The notes under the pieces are model-generated. The model was not told the origin of the DNA. It did no database searches and worked only from the letters and a program-made list of their open reading frames with translations. From positions 1-53,007 of the IMG/VR virus record IMGVR_UViG_3300031519_000027: a stretch of 53,007 nt of DNA; one strand, written 5' to 3'. The DNA is from a virus. Lineage: Duplodnaviria > Caudoviricetes. Positions 9,381 through 20,024 of this stretch are shown in pieces (the stretch's first letter is position 1; each line of letters starts with the position of its first letter). Position numbers and translations under genes: made by a program.

Positions 9381-9599
9381 ATGCGAATAAAGAGCATCGG
9401 CCATGCCGAGTGGGAAATCCTAAACGAGATGATAAGTAATATAGCGATTGATGGACTCAAGCAAGAGATGTGTCCTGATGAACACGCTTCCAAGCGATTC
9501 GATAAAGCGGCGAGTAACATGGCGTCCATGCTCAATAAAATGCTATCAACACGGCGAAAGCACCTGCCTGCCGAACACACTCACTACAAAGGTGATTGA
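9381..9599 (+). CDS. Small orphan protein
   Basis: Leaderless start. Confidence 0.6.
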   Translation: MRIKSIGHAEWEILNEMISNIAIDGLKQEMCPDEHASKRFDKAASNMASMLNKMLSTRRKHLPAEHTHYKGD

Positions 9600-9926
9600 A
9601 TGCCTTGCCCGAACTGCGGTCAAAATGTGCATTACTACAATTCCTCACCGTCGAATCTCAAAGGTCGAGAATACGATTATTCCTTTGCCAAGTGCATCGG
9701 CAAAATAGAACGAGAAGGATGGTCAGCAACCAAGCAAGGTGTCAAGAAGTGGCGCATCAAATACAAAGAAGGCAAGGAGCCGTGTGGGTGGCAAGACGGT
9801 GCATCATCCAAACCCAAAACGATTCAACCAATTAGTGGCGGAACGGAGGCCGACGAACCCAAGAAGCACACACCGGTAAAAACCGACCCCCGAACCTATT
9901 TGATTGATTGGCACGATGGTAATTAA
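9600..9926 (+). CDS. Zn-ribbon (CPxCG) protein
   Basis: MPCPNCG...C...CGW; SD GGTGA. Confidence 0.6.
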   Translation: MPCPNCGQNVHYYNSSPSNLKGREYDYSFAKCIGKIEREGWSATKQGVKKWRIKYKEGKEPCGWQDGASSKPKTIQPISGGTEADEPKKHTPVKTDPRTYLIDWHDGN

Positions 9927-9949
9927 CCATTGACCACCTAACCTCATCT

Positions 9950-11098
9950 ATGCAACGGAATCACTACGCATCAGGATTGCTTCGTGCGTGCCGTCAAGTC
10001 CCAAATTGGGCGTCATGGGGTGGGCGAACCAACGCCTATGCGGCGGAGTGGATTCAATTGACATCGGCTCAGAAGTTCTATCGAAAAGCGGCTGTGAACC
10101 ACAGCGAACCTTCATCCATGACGATATGGTTCAAGTCAACCGAGTTAAACATTGCAAATGGAGTCAAGCGCAATCTCTTCGCCGTCTATGATGCAGGTGT
10201 TGCACACGATATATTCTCATTAGAATTGGAAGGCTCGACTGCCAATGGAAACATGTTGAACTTTTTGTTTATGGGAATTGCTACACCCGCTTATACACAG
10301 CCCACCAACCTCGGAATCAATTGGCATAATGTCACGATGGTATGGGATGGCGGGGTTACTGAAATATGGCTCGACGGTAGCATGATTCATACAGGGCCAC
10401 AGTCATACAATGGGGCTATTTCAGCACATACCCTTGGACTCGGTACGCCCGCCGGAGGTGCGGCTCCCGTTTATCTCGACAAATGTATCATAGACGAGGT
10501 GGCATTCTTCGATGTTCCCGTTAATCCCGTTACGATTTACAACAATGGAACTCCACTTGACTATGACGCATATGGGATTGTCTTTGTCGGACTAAACGCA
10601 TCATACGACTTCGACAGTCAGAGTGGTGCTATCAATGCCAAATACATTAGCCCTGCGGCGTTCCCGTCGGGAACCTCACCTTTACCATTCTCGATGGTGG
10701 ATAGTCCAACAGGTTTTGTAGAGATAACAACCAACGCTCTAAAGTCCACGGACACGACTCAATTCACATCTATGGCGGAAAAATATGGTGATTATGTGGC
10801 GGGGTTATACTTGCAATCTCTGTCGTTTAGAAACCCGATTGGCCTTAATGTAGATATGTCAATTGAAGCATGTGGGTTAATGCCATACCCTGCCGGTGGA
10901 GGATTCAATTCGTTAGGCTACACAGGGGCTTGGGTAGCCAAGGAAGACCCGTTTAGGACACCTCACATGAGCAAGGCGACCACGATGGTCACAGAGGACT
11001 CCACAGCCTATGCGGCCATGGGTGGCTCGGCTTCCCTGACCGGAGTCACTGATGCACGAGCAGGACGACTGTTCTTGCCACGATTTGTCAAGAGGTGA
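9950..11098 (+). CDS. LamG/concanavalin A-like domain protein, probably virion-associated
   Basis: SMTIWFK, WHNVTMVWDGG..EIWLDG, IDEVAFFD..IYNNG motifs. Confidence 0.75.
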   Translation: MQRNHYASGLLRACRQVPNWASWGGRTNAYAAEWIQLTSAQKFYRKAAVNHSEPSSMTIWFKSTELNIANGVKRNLFAVYDAGVAHDIFSLELEGSTANGNMLNFLFMGIATPAYTQPTNLGINWHNVTMVWDGGVTEIWLDGSMIHTGPQSYNGAISAHTLGLGTPAGGAAPVYLDKCIIDEVAFFDVPVNPVTIYNNGTPLDYDAYGIVFVGLNASYDFDSQSGAINAKYISPAAFPSGTSPLPFSMVDSPTGFVEITTNALKSTDTTQFTSMAEKYGDYVAGLYLQSLSFRNPIGLNVDMSIEACGLMPYPAGGGFNSLGYTGAWVAKEDPFRTPHMSKATTMVTEDSTAYAAMGGSASLTGVTDARAGRLFLPRFVKR

Positions 11099-11134
11099 TT
11101 TGCATTTATCCGTTTGACGAATGGGGCTTTTGAG

Positions 11135-11184
11135 AGATACTGTTATATAGGCCGACTTGCTACGATAGAACAGAGGGAACAAAT
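11135..11184 (+). promoter_or_regulatory. Class I promoter with short leader and SD
   Basis: TTATATAGG at 11143; GAGGGA before ATG 11185. Confidence 0.7.
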
Positions 11185-11382
11185 ATGACCTATACACACG
11201 GACTTGGAGACGCACAGGAAAACATGAACGACGACGACGACCACTCGCCTGAGTGTTGCGAATGTGGTCACGAAACAGAATACGACGGAAAAACCACTTT
11301 TGGTAGTCTCGTTGCATACAATTACATTTGCCTTGACGAAGACTGCGGCGGCGAGACGGAAGTCGAATACGACTTTGCGTGA
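11185..11382 (+). CDS. Small acidic Zn-finger-like protein
   Basis: CCECG...CLDEDCG. Confidence 0.6.
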   Translation: MTYTHGLGDAQENMNDDDDHSPECCECGHETEYDGKTTFGSLVAYNYICLDEDCGGETEVEYDFA

Positions 11383-11483
11383 TTCACATGCTCGTTGAAT
11401 GGTTGATTGGACTCGCCATTCGCTACAATCAGTGGCGATTCGATGAGTAAGCCTCATAAACATGGGGTCGCCGTTCAAACATT

Positions 11484-12842
11484 ATGAGCAAGGGCAACAA
11501 GCCGGCTAAAATCAAAAAGGACAAGCCGAAGCCCATGAGCATCCTATGGGCGTCTGAGCAACCTGTTCGTCCATCCGGCTACGGTGTAGTCACACGAGAA
11601 TTGGTTAAGCGTCTCGTTCAACGAGGCCACGAAGTCAATGTGATGGGTTGGGACTACAACGGCGAGGACATGAAGCACGAAGAGGGGTGGACTATGGTTC
11701 ACGCAGGCATCGGAGCATTCGGCTCTGAACTACTCAACGATGCGTCAAATGCACCAACGGTCACTGACATGAACCTTGCAAGACTGCAACCTGATGTGTT
11801 CTTTAGCCTGTGTGAGATTTACCACACTGCTCACATGGTTCGCTCATGCAATCGCATGAATGTGCCTCATATTTCATACCTGCCGATTGATGGAATCCCC
11901 TTCATCTATGCTTGGAAGGACATCATCAAAATGACGCACACTCCACTTTGGATGAGTGCATTTGGACGACATCAATTCCTGCAATTCATCAATGAGTATC
12001 ACACCGAAGGTGAGGGTGCTGAATCAAAGAAAGACCCGTTCCTTGACCGTTTCGTGCATGAAAACATTCCAATTCTGTATCACGGTGTTGACATAGACAT
12101 GTTTCAGCCGATAAGCGACGAAGAGAAGGCTGAAATGCGTGAACAGGTGGGCTTAGGACAGTGGAAAACAGTGTTCACATCTGTTGGTCGCAATGGCAAC
12201 AGAAAACAGCAACCACGCCTCTTAGAAGCATTTGCTTTGATGTTGAGTGAATTGGAGAATCCACACGAAGTCGGAATGATATTACACACCGGCGACCCAA
12301 CCAACAGCAAGAATCTCGGCGGGTGGCATCTACCTCACTTGGTCAAGGACTTGGGATTGGAAAACAATGTCACATTCTCTGACACCGACGGCAACCCCGT
12401 TCACGGAATCCCACGAAATGATGTTGCAAAATTGTATCAAATCGCTGACTGCCATGTATTGGCGACCAGCGGCGAGGGATTCGGAATCCCATCGGCCGAA
12501 GCAATGGCCTGTGGCATACCAATTATCCTTCCCGATAACTCGACCGGCCCTGAATTGGTTGGAGAGGACAGAGGACTTCTCGTTGGCCTTGACACGATGA
12601 TTAGCGGCCCGACATTCGGAGTCAAATTGGGCGTAGTCTCGGTCGGACACTTGGCTCAACAAATGAAGCACATGGTTGAGAATCCCAAAGAGCGAAAGGA
12701 GATGGGTGTAAATGCACGACGGTTTGCCGAAGAATCATTCAATTGGGAAGTGCTAACAGACAGGTTAGAAGAACTTCTTAGGGATGCGGTGGGTAAGCCT
12801 CATCCCAATGGAAACAATGCGGTGGTGAAGCATCATGAGTGA
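11484..12842 (+). CDS. Glycosyltransferase family 4 (GT-B)
   Basis: SGYGVVTREL, HGVD..MFQP, VGRNGNRK, EGFGIPSAEAMACGIP motifs. Confidence 0.9.
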   Translation: MSKGNKPAKIKKDKPKPMSILWASEQPVRPSGYGVVTRELVKRLVQRGHEVNVMGWDYNGEDMKHEEGWTMVHAGIGAFGSELLNDASNAPTVTDMNLARLQPDVFFSLCEIYHTAHMVRSCNRMNVPHISYLPIDGIPFIYAWKDIIKMTHTPLWMSAFGRHQFLQFINEYHTEGEGAESKKDPFLDRFVHENIPILYHGVDIDMFQPISDEEKAEMREQVGLGQWKTVFTSVGRNGNRKQQPRLLEAFALMLSELENPHEVGMILHTGDPTNSKNLGGWHLPHLVKDLGLENNVTFSDTDGNPVHGIPRNDVAKLYQIADCHVLATSGEGFGIPSAEAMACGIPIILPDNSTGPELVGEDRGLLVGLDTMISGPTFGVKLGVVSVGHLAQQMKHMVENPKERKEMGVNARRFAEESFNWEVLTDRLEELLRDAVGKPHPNGNNAVVKHHE

Positions 12843-13200
12843 TAAATTAACAGCAAAACAACAGAGAGTAGCGGAACAAAAAATGATGAAGCGTATGCGT
12901 GGAACCATGTGCAAACACATGTGTGAAATACATGGTGAAAAATGCAATGTCATCGTCAAATACAAAGATAAGAGAATCCAAGCAACCGTTGATATGATTG
13001 CCGCTATACAGGGCGCACCGCCACACTCGGCTGACAGCAAGCACTACTGTGCAGTGTGTGCCGTCGCTATCCGTGACAATAGGCCGGTGGACGCATATCA
13101 TAAGACCGCCAATGGAATCATCACACTCAAGAACTTCGGGAAAAATCGTTTGAAAGAAGTCAATGGTGAACTTCTTGACACGACCTTTGAAGAAGAATAG
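12835..13200 (+). CDS. Hypothetical Cys/His-rich protein
   Basis: ORF overlapping GT stop; CxxxCxxHxxxC and HYCxxC. Confidence 0.55.
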   Translation: MSDKLTAKQQRVAEQKMMKRMRGTMCKHMCEIHGEKCNVIVKYKDKRIQATVDMIAAIQGAPPHSADSKHYCAVCAVAIRDNRPVDAYHKTANGIITLKNFGKNRLKEVNGELLDTTFEEE

Positions 13201-13201
13201 G

Positions 13202-13237
13202 CGATATGCTTATATAGGGCAGGCCGTATGGATATAC
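13202..13237 (+). promoter_or_regulatory. Class I promoter with imperfect inverted repeat
   Basis: cgatatgc TTATATAGG gcaggc CGTAT ggatatac ATG; TATA 13210, ATG 13238. Confidence 0.8.
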
Positions 13238-13534
13238 ATGGACGAACATATCCGAGCCACCGAGCCTAAAATATACACGATTTACGATTGGGAAGGTGTG
13301 ACAATGCACCTTTGCGACTGCGAAAGCGACCTATGCACCTTTTACTCATGCAATATCACCGACCAACCTTCAAAGTGTGAAGTCGTTGGTTGCAAGGGAA
13401 AAATTACAACAGACTTTGGAACATGTGGTTGGGGCAGTAATGCACTTTCAGGGCAAACCGGATGTTGGGGCCACCACTGCCAAGAAAAGCACATGGTATC
13501 GTGCAACGAATGCACATTCACATACCGAGCATAA
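13238..13534 (+). CDS. Cys-rich orphan protein (MDEHIRA...)
   Basis: Leaderless start; many Cys/His. Confidence 0.6.
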   Translation: MDEHIRATEPKIYTIYDWEGVTMHLCDCESDLCTFYSCNITDQPSKCEVVGCKGKITTDFGTCGWGSNALSGQTGCWGHHCQEKHMVSCNECTFTYRA

Positions 13535-13572
13535 GCGGTTTGGTTATGAACCAAGCCGGTTAAGGCATAAGC

Positions 13573-16500
13573 ATGGCCGTTCCAAGCACACGGGCAGACC
13601 TCATCCCCCCAATTGGGGCGGGTGCAGGTTTGCCTCTCACATTAGTGTGGGCTGACGACCTGTCAGATGCCGGTGGCGCAGGTACAGAGGGGTACGCTCT
13701 CTTCGACACCACGCTATGGAAAACACCATCAGCGACACAGGTCGCACCGGCTGTTCCAACCGTTGTATCGGGTTCAAGTGCATCGACTCCACACACGACC
13801 ACACTCGACATGAACGACTTGAACTTCCTTGGATTGACAACGGCATTGAACGCCCCTCGTTTGAACTTTGGAACAGGTTGGCTTGAACACGGTCAGGCCA
13901 TCCAAGACGCAGGTTTTAGTCGCCACTCGGCAAGTGAAATCAAATCATTCGCACCTGCGGCCACCTCGACAATTACAGAAGCAGGTCGGCATGTTGCCAA
14001 CCCCCGAAGAACAGCGTTTAACGATGCGGCAAGGCCGGCGAATCACACTTGGCAAACACCACGCCATAACACACTCAAGCGAGCCATACCGTCATATGAT
14101 TTGCAAATCGGTTCGGTGATTGATGTGGATACAGGTTCAATCGGAACAGTGGAGGCAATCACTCACTCGGCACTAACAGACCTGCCAAGCAACGGCATCG
14201 GTGCTACATACGGCGACAGGCATAACAGTGCGTACCTCACCACTCTATGGTCAGCACCAATTTACGATACAACCACACCAACGGGTCTTGACTTATCCTC
14301 AATTGTGGACTCAGACATGAAGGCGTTCTCCGCACATTGGGGTGTGAACATGATGGTCAATCAAGAAGTGCTTGAATCAGGAATTGGATTATCCGCACCC
14401 GATTCTTTGAACACCGCAATCCTTCATGGGCTTATTGACGGCGATACCCTCAACCTTCCCGCTGAAACAATACAAACAGTTCTCGTCCGTGATATTTTCA
14501 AAGACAGTGTGACAGTCATTGATGAGGAAAACACTTTTCCATTGGGTCGGTGTGATTTGGGTAACTCGATGGTGATGGATTCATGTGGCCTAATCGGTTA
14601 CGAGGGAACCGTGACCGCTACTGCGTTCACATCGGTATCACGATGCTCTAATCCGCCCGAAGTGGTTGCTCCACCTGCTCACCCACTCGTTCCCGACACC
14701 GCATGGAACGAGGATGGTGTTGGAACTTTTTCAGCAATCAACATTCAGGTCAGTAGTGGTTTGCCACTAAGACGCAATGGGTTATCGTGGAGTACCCCTC
14801 ACGACCCGTTGTATCAATACGGTAGTGATGGTGCATACATCGAACCAATGACCGAGGGAGCGATAACAACGGGTATTAGAACACCATTTAAGGGACAGTC
14901 ATTCCTCACTAATGCCAATCTAACCAAGTTCCACACCGGACGAACAAATCATGTAATCACGGGTGCGAATCGCAATCATTTGGATAGGACGCAATTCAAC
15001 GAAGTAAATGTGAATGGGCCGAGTGCGCCAAACACCAAATCTACTTGCAATGTTGCATCTCGATATATTCTCGGCGATAACTACGCTTCAGGACAATGGA
15101 CTGCAACATTGAATCTAAGTCAAGACTTCATGAAGGATAAAATACCAACAAAGGTCAAGGTCGTTCCTGTTCTAATTGGATATAAAACCGTCAATGTTGA
15201 GGCAGGAGCAAGTCATCCCGACTCTTCATCAATCGCATTTAAGAAGCCTATTGTTGACTACCATGTTATCGTCAGTCTTGCTCCAACAGTGCGACTAAAT
15301 GCAACAGTCAATCTAAACAACACTCGAATCGGAAACCCGATAGCACGCAATTTTCCCCAATCAAAACGACTCACCGTGAACACCAACCTTGAGGATGAAG
15401 GATGTGAGATTTACCATGCAGTATTCAGAATCAATCCAACCTTGGAACGAGTATTCTTCGACGCCACCTCGCCCTCGGTAGCCGGAATGGGTGTCAACGC
15501 AAGCGACTCATCCATGCCGAACACTGTTATGCCACGGCATGACGCTACAAACGGTGGATGGGGTCTTCATCAATTGACTCCGTTTAGGCCCATGGCGAAT
15601 GCGGATTGGGCGCAGGTTCCTCTCATGTGCGCCGCGATTGAGACAGGTGGATTCTATCAACGGGGAGGTATCTCTCATCTATGGGATGCCGATGCTTACG
15701 GTTCAGAATTATTCGTCGGTGCTGACGCCATAGATGCGAGTCATTTCACCCCCGATACATGGGGAACCGGACAGGTGTGGGCCGATGGGACAGGTGCGCT
15801 AACGCTACCTCGTGGTAGTGAATTGATGGTGTTCAAATACACACCATCTATGGATTCATACCATACAATTAGAGACACGAGTCCAACAGATAATCCCCTC
15901 TATGCAATGACGGTGTTATCGGCGTCAGCGGATTGGTTGAACTCATACCAAGCAGGTTCATTCGCTGTTGTTGGCAATACCCATAAGCAGTATTCAGGAT
16001 GGCATATTCACGATTGGGTATTCCCCCAAGTCGAACTAATGAGATACTTGGGACGAGAGGACAAAGCGAATGCTCGACATCCTCGTCACAGTCTAAATCC
16101 ATCAGGAACTCCGATATTCCATCCAACCCTTCACTGTGCTTCCCTCCGCTTCATGGACGACGGCAGGATGGCTATGGCGGCCGTTCACAGAGACTATATC
16201 GGCTCCACCGAAGAATACCCATCGTCCGACATTTCATACCCGTATAACCCAGACAGTGGCTCAGGCTCAGGATGTCCGGCAGGGTATTATCGAAGTGGCT
16301 CACAGTGCATACCAATTACATCGGGTGACAATCCCGACGGTGAGGACAACCACACCGACCCGATAACAGGTGAGGTGATTGAAGGCCCGCCGCCCGCACC
16401 AAGCAATGGAAACGGGCAAGGTCACACAGGTGGTGGAGACAACTTCACATTGTATCCATCATGGAGTCGTATTCAAGCCAACACATCGGGACGCTCTCTC

Positions 16501-19500
16501 ATCCTCATGTGGTCGGATGCGAAGGCACAGGATGGCAGGGCTAAGGGTGGGAACGCTCTATTCGACGCCAAAGCAATTAGGGTCGATGGCGCAACATATC
16601 ACACTCAAAATTGGACTTTTTCCGATACATGGTGGAGTGGCTCACGCATCTCATATTGGTATGGTGAAAGTGGTCAAAGAGCAATACCAATCACATACGG
16701 TTCATACCCCGAAGTGAGAATGTCCCATGCCAATTTGCCAAAATGTCTTCCACATTTGATGACCACGGGAATCGTACACGGTTATCCCCTATTACAACCG
16801 ATAGACCGAATGAGCATAGCGTCAGGGACTCTCAGGGATTTTGCCGGAACAGATGTTTGGGCGCAAGACCGATATGACTTTTTGAAGCGAACACGATTCG
16901 TTCCGACCACGATTGGATTCGCCGACTTTGGGGCAGGTGCAAATCCACATCAAGAGATGGGTTGGTCGGGTTGGTCATTTGCTCAGGGATTATACGACCC
17001 AATCGGATTCGGTAACAACACCATATTCTTCTCGGATGACCCCGAATCAATGAACAAACCCGACGGCACAGCGATAATTCCCATTGCACAGGGTCAATGG
17101 TCAGGCTTTGGGTCATCAACCCAATTCGGCCACATGAAAGGCCCACAGACCGCTATTAGCCACCACGGGCCACTAAGTTATGGCTTGGCGACGACAGACC
17201 ACCCATTCAAGGCCGACAGGATATGGAAGAATGTTCATGGCGGCGTTGGTTATGACATTCCATTACACTTACTTGCACCGGCACAGGTGGCGGTACGCGC
17301 TCGTGCAGGCGGCCGCAACAGCCTCGATTTGGAGATGGAGACACCATTCCATAGGACGGATACTCTACACCTCGACGGGGCCGCCTTATTCAACACAGGA
17401 TTCGACTTGGGTGGCAAGGCCACACCCGCATCAGCGAGAACTCAATTGGGGCAGTATTACCTCCGAAGTAATCTATGGAACGACGACTCAAGGGACTTCA
17501 TTAGCAAGACCGGAGGACTTGAAGCCAAGGACAGGGTGCATGGGCCACTTATTGAGGGCGACGGATTGGAAGTATTTTGGAACGACCACCCGACCGAACA
17601 CTTTCACGCCGGTGCAATCCCATTGATGCCAAGCACAGATTATGATATTGCAGTAATCGAGAACGAGCGTTATGCACCCGCCCTATTGGGACGGATAGAT
17701 GAAATCAGTGATTTGGATTATGTTGCAGTATCAGAACAATTGCAATCATCAGTCGATGTGCATGTTGCATCATCGGTTAGACCAATGTGGGATTCGGGTG
17801 CAATCGTTTCAGGACGAGGAACAGGGATGCGGGATAATGCAAAGAATGCTTTCGTCTCGACGCAACGAAACGAGATGGATGGCTCGGCTATACCGCCAGC
17901 GGCGCAAGCCGTGACAGATAACGGACTCGGTAAGGGACAGCGCGTTGTTAGAACAGATGACGGCACGCTACACATGTTCAACATAGAACGGTCAGGGATG
18001 CTCAATGCGAACGAACTACCCGTATTCACCCACTACACCAAGCCCTTGAATAGTGACATGTTTTGGAATCGAAAAGCCCAAAAAGTCAACCCATCAGTGT
18101 CAACATATAGTGGCAAGGATGAAGTCGGCCCACACTTGAATAGCGGAGAGGTTCTACGGTCAGCGGCTTTCACTTCAGACAGTGAAGGAACAATTCACGC
18201 AGTCATCGAGATAACCCCAAATGGTGATACCAAGCACGCAATGTATTACACATACGCCAAGCGGGTTTTGAAGAATTACAACCCCCACCCCGTCTATGAA
18301 TGGGATTGGACGGTGCATACACCGGTGCTATTGTCAAATCCAGCATCGGGATACAATCTACGAACACCGACATTGGCATGTGATTCTCAAGACAGGTTAC
18401 ACTTTGCCTGTCGAATGGTATCGACTCAATCCCATATTATCTACACGACCAAGTTAGCAGTCGAAACGACATTTGTTTCGTTGCCAACATTTGCCGACGA
18501 CCCCGCTACATGGCCGGAGGGACAGTGGTCTAAGGTCAATAAAACACTATCAGACCCTCCGGTAATCGGAGATAATTCAGCAGGCAATACGAGTCATGCT
18601 GTGCGTGACTGTGACCACCCCAAAATATGCCTGCTTGGGAACAACACACCAATCGTGTTTTATCGTGGCGGCATGGCAGTGGACTCACCGTTGTTTGGCG
18701 ATAGGGCAAACGACGCAATCTATTGCAACATCGGGAAGTCTGTGGCGGGTTCACTCGACCCTTCGGGACGATACACATTCAATGACGCCGACGCAATACA
18801 TGTCGTTGGTGTTCAGAACGCATCCCAATATCCCTCATCGAAAGTGATTTACTACGACGCAATCATAGATGAGAGGAACAGAGCATTTGTCACCGTGATT
18901 AAGGGTGATGTTGGGCGAACTGTTTTAGTCAATTCATTCCAAGGCGACAAATCATTCGTGAGCCAATATACGCAGGCGGATGGACTTGGAACAACCAAAG
19001 CACTGTTCATTCCAAAGACTACTGCTGTTCGACCGAATTACCAACACATCACCACGACCACCAATGGTCAAGGTGAGATACACATGATTCTTGGATTCAC
19101 ATTGGGTGGAGATAACGCCGACTACATGGGTGCGACATTTAGGGATGGTACTACAACAGCGACAGTCGGGCCGATGGGATGGCCTGTGACTCCAACAAAT
19201 GCTTCACAGGTTGCAGGGACACCGCCTGCGGGACTTGGTGTGGGTGGAGGGTACGAACTACCACCTGTCGGAACTAATGCAGAGTGGGCGCAAGGTGGGA
19301 CAAATAACACTCCTTTGACCGGTTCGATAACTCACTTCATGGAGGTTTGGATGCCAACATTCGAGTTCTCTCAGGCGGCGGGCGACCCCGACCAAGTGAT
19401 ACGGTCAATCAACATTCGGTGGCTCTCCGTCCCATCTATGAATTATGATGCAACAAACGGTTGGTATCCTGTCGGCTCCGGTCAATCACTATCAGGACAC

Positions 19501-19716
19501 GAGGACTTCACACACACTAACCCCCAATTAAGGTATCAGCGGTTTTGGGGATTCGATGCAGGCGAATTGGATTTGAAGTGGAACACCAACGAATTGTCTT
19601 GGATGAACACACCACATGGCGGCTCGAAAGTATTCTACCCATACAGTGGAGGTTCATTCGTGACAGTCGGTGAAGGTGAAATCACAGGTGACGGTGTAGC
19701 AGGTTGGCCCCTTTGA
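13573..19716 (+). CDS. Giant (2047 aa) putative virion/receptor-binding protein with beta-propeller-like C-terminal repeats
   Basis: G/T/S/P-rich; repeated DxxGxxH(hydrophobic) blades; late-type TTATGAACC 29 nt upstream. Confidence 0.65.
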   Translation: MAVPSTRADLIPPIGAGAGLPLTLVWADDLSDAGGAGTEGYALFDTTLWKTPSATQVAPAVPTVVSGSSASTPHTTTLDMNDLNFLGLTTALNAPRLNFGTGWLEHGQAIQDAGFSRHSASEIKSFAPAATSTITEAGRHVANPRRTAFNDAARPANHTWQTPRHNTLKRAIPSYDLQIGSVIDVDTGSIGTVEAITHSALTDLPSNGIGATYGDRHNSAYLTTLWSAPIYDTTTPTGLDLSSIVDSDMKAFSAHWGVNMMVNQEVLESGIGLSAPDSLNTAILHGLIDGDTLNLPAETIQTVLVRDIFKDSVTVIDEENTFPLGRCDLGNSMVMDSCGLIGYEGTVTATAFTSVSRCSNPPEVVAPPAHPLVPDTAWNEDGVGTFSAINIQVSSGLPLRRNGLSWSTPHDPLYQYGSDGAYIEPMTEGAITTGIRTPFKGQSFLTNANLTKFHTGRTNHVITGANRNHLDRTQFNEVNVNGPSAPNTKSTCNVASRYILGDNYASGQWTATLNLSQDFMKDKIPTKVKVVPVLIGYKTVNVEAGASHPDSSSIAFKKPIVDYHVIVSLAPTVRLNATVNLNNTRIGNPIARNFPQSKRLTVNTNLEDEGCEIYHAVFRINPTLERVFFDATSPSVAGMGVNASDSSMPNTVMPRHDATNGGWGLHQLTPFRPMANADWAQVPLMCAAIETGGFYQRGGISHLWDADAYGSELFVGADAIDASHFTPDTWGTGQVWADGTGALTLPRGSELMVFKYTPSMDSYHTIRDTSPTDNPLYAMTVLSASADWLNSYQAGSFAVVGNTHKQYSGWHIHDWVFPQVELMRYLGREDKANARHPRHSLNPSGTPIFHPTLHCASLRFMDDGRMAMAAVHRDYIGSTEEYPSSDISYPYNPDSGSGSGCPAGYYRSGSQCIPITSGDNPDGEDNHTDPITGEVIEGPPPAPSNGNGQGHTGGGDNFTLYPSWSRIQANTSGRSLILMWSDAKAQDGRAKGGNALFDAKAIRVDGATYHTQNWTFSDTWWSGSRISYWYGESGQRAIPITYGSYPEVRMSHANLPKCLPHLMTTGIVHGYPLLQPIDRMSIASGTLRDFAGTDVWAQDRYDFLKRTRFVPTTIGFADFGAGANPHQEMGWSGWSFAQGLYDPIGFGNNTIFFSDDPESMNKPDGTAIIPIAQGQWSGFGSSTQFGHMKGPQTAISHHGPLSYGLATTDHPFKADRIWKNVHGGVGYDIPLHLLAPAQVAVRARAGGRNSLDLEMETPFHRTDTLHLDGAALFNTGFDLGGKATPASARTQLGQYYLRSNLWNDDSRDFISKTGGLEAKDRVHGPLIEGDGLEVFWNDHPTEHFHAGAIPLMPSTDYDIAVIENERYAPALLGRIDEISDLDYVAVSEQLQSSVDVHVASSVRPMWDSGAIVSGRGTGMRDNAKNAFVSTQRNEMDGSAIPPAAQAVTDNGLGKGQRVVRTDDGTLHMFNIERSGMLNANELPVFTHYTKPLNSDMFWNRKAQKVNPSVSTYSGKDEVGPHLNSGEVLRSAAFTSDSEGTIHAVIEITPNGDTKHAMYYTYAKRVLKNYNPHPVYEWDWTVHTPVLLSNPASGYNLRTPTLACDSQDRLHFACRMVSTQSHIIYTTKLAVETTFVSLPTFADDPATWPEGQWSKVNKTLSDPPVIGDNSAGNTSHAVRDCDHPKICLLGNNTPIVFYRGGMAVDSPLFGDRANDAIYCNIGKSVAGSLDPSGRYTFNDADAIHVVGVQNASQYPSSKVIYYDAIIDERNRAFVTVIKGDVGRTVLVNSFQGDKSFVSQYTQADGLGTTKALFIPKTTAVRPNYQHITTTTNGQGEIHMILGFTLGGDNADYMGATFRDGTTTATVGPMGWPVTPTNASQVAGTPPAGLGVGGGYELPPVGTNAEWAQGGTNNTPLTGSITHFMEVWMPTFEFSQAAGDPDQVIRSINIRWLSVPSMNYDATNGWYPVGSGQSLSGHEDFTHTNPQLRYQRFWGFDAGELDLKWNTNELSWMNTPHGGSKVFYPYSGGSFVTVGEGEITGDGVAGWPL

Positions 19717-19787
19717 ATAGTTATCGAAACGCATAACCTCCCTCCACTTTTCTGTTTTCTTTATAAAGGGTCGGCAGTTCCTTTGTC

Positions 19788-19824
19788 CGACATGCTTATA
19801 TAGGGGCGTCTGCTACGATTAAAC
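19788..19824 (+). promoter_or_regulatory. Class I promoter
   Basis: cgacatgc TTATATAGG at 19796, ATG at 19825. Confidence 0.8.
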
Positions 19825-19995
19825 ATGGACGAAGCAAGCATCATTCAAATAACAATCCGAAACATACGCCGCCAAATCGACGAACTCATTGAAAGTCAAT
19901 GTGACTTTTACCTTTTCCTTGAATTAAGCGACAGACTCGACGACCTGTTGGTTCACGCTGACGCTCTAAAGCGGTCTGCATACAATGTGGCTTGA
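19825..19995 (+). CDS. 56-aa helical orphan (MDEASIIQITIRNIRRQIDEL...), absent from the ORF track
   Basis: Translated by hand; leaderless start; fills the gap up to the next TATA. Confidence 0.7.
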   Translation: MDEASIIQITIRNIRRQIDELIESQCDFYLFLELSDRLDDLLVHADALKRSAYNVA

Positions 19996-20024
19996 TTATA
20001 TAGGTGGGACACGAGTCTCAACAT

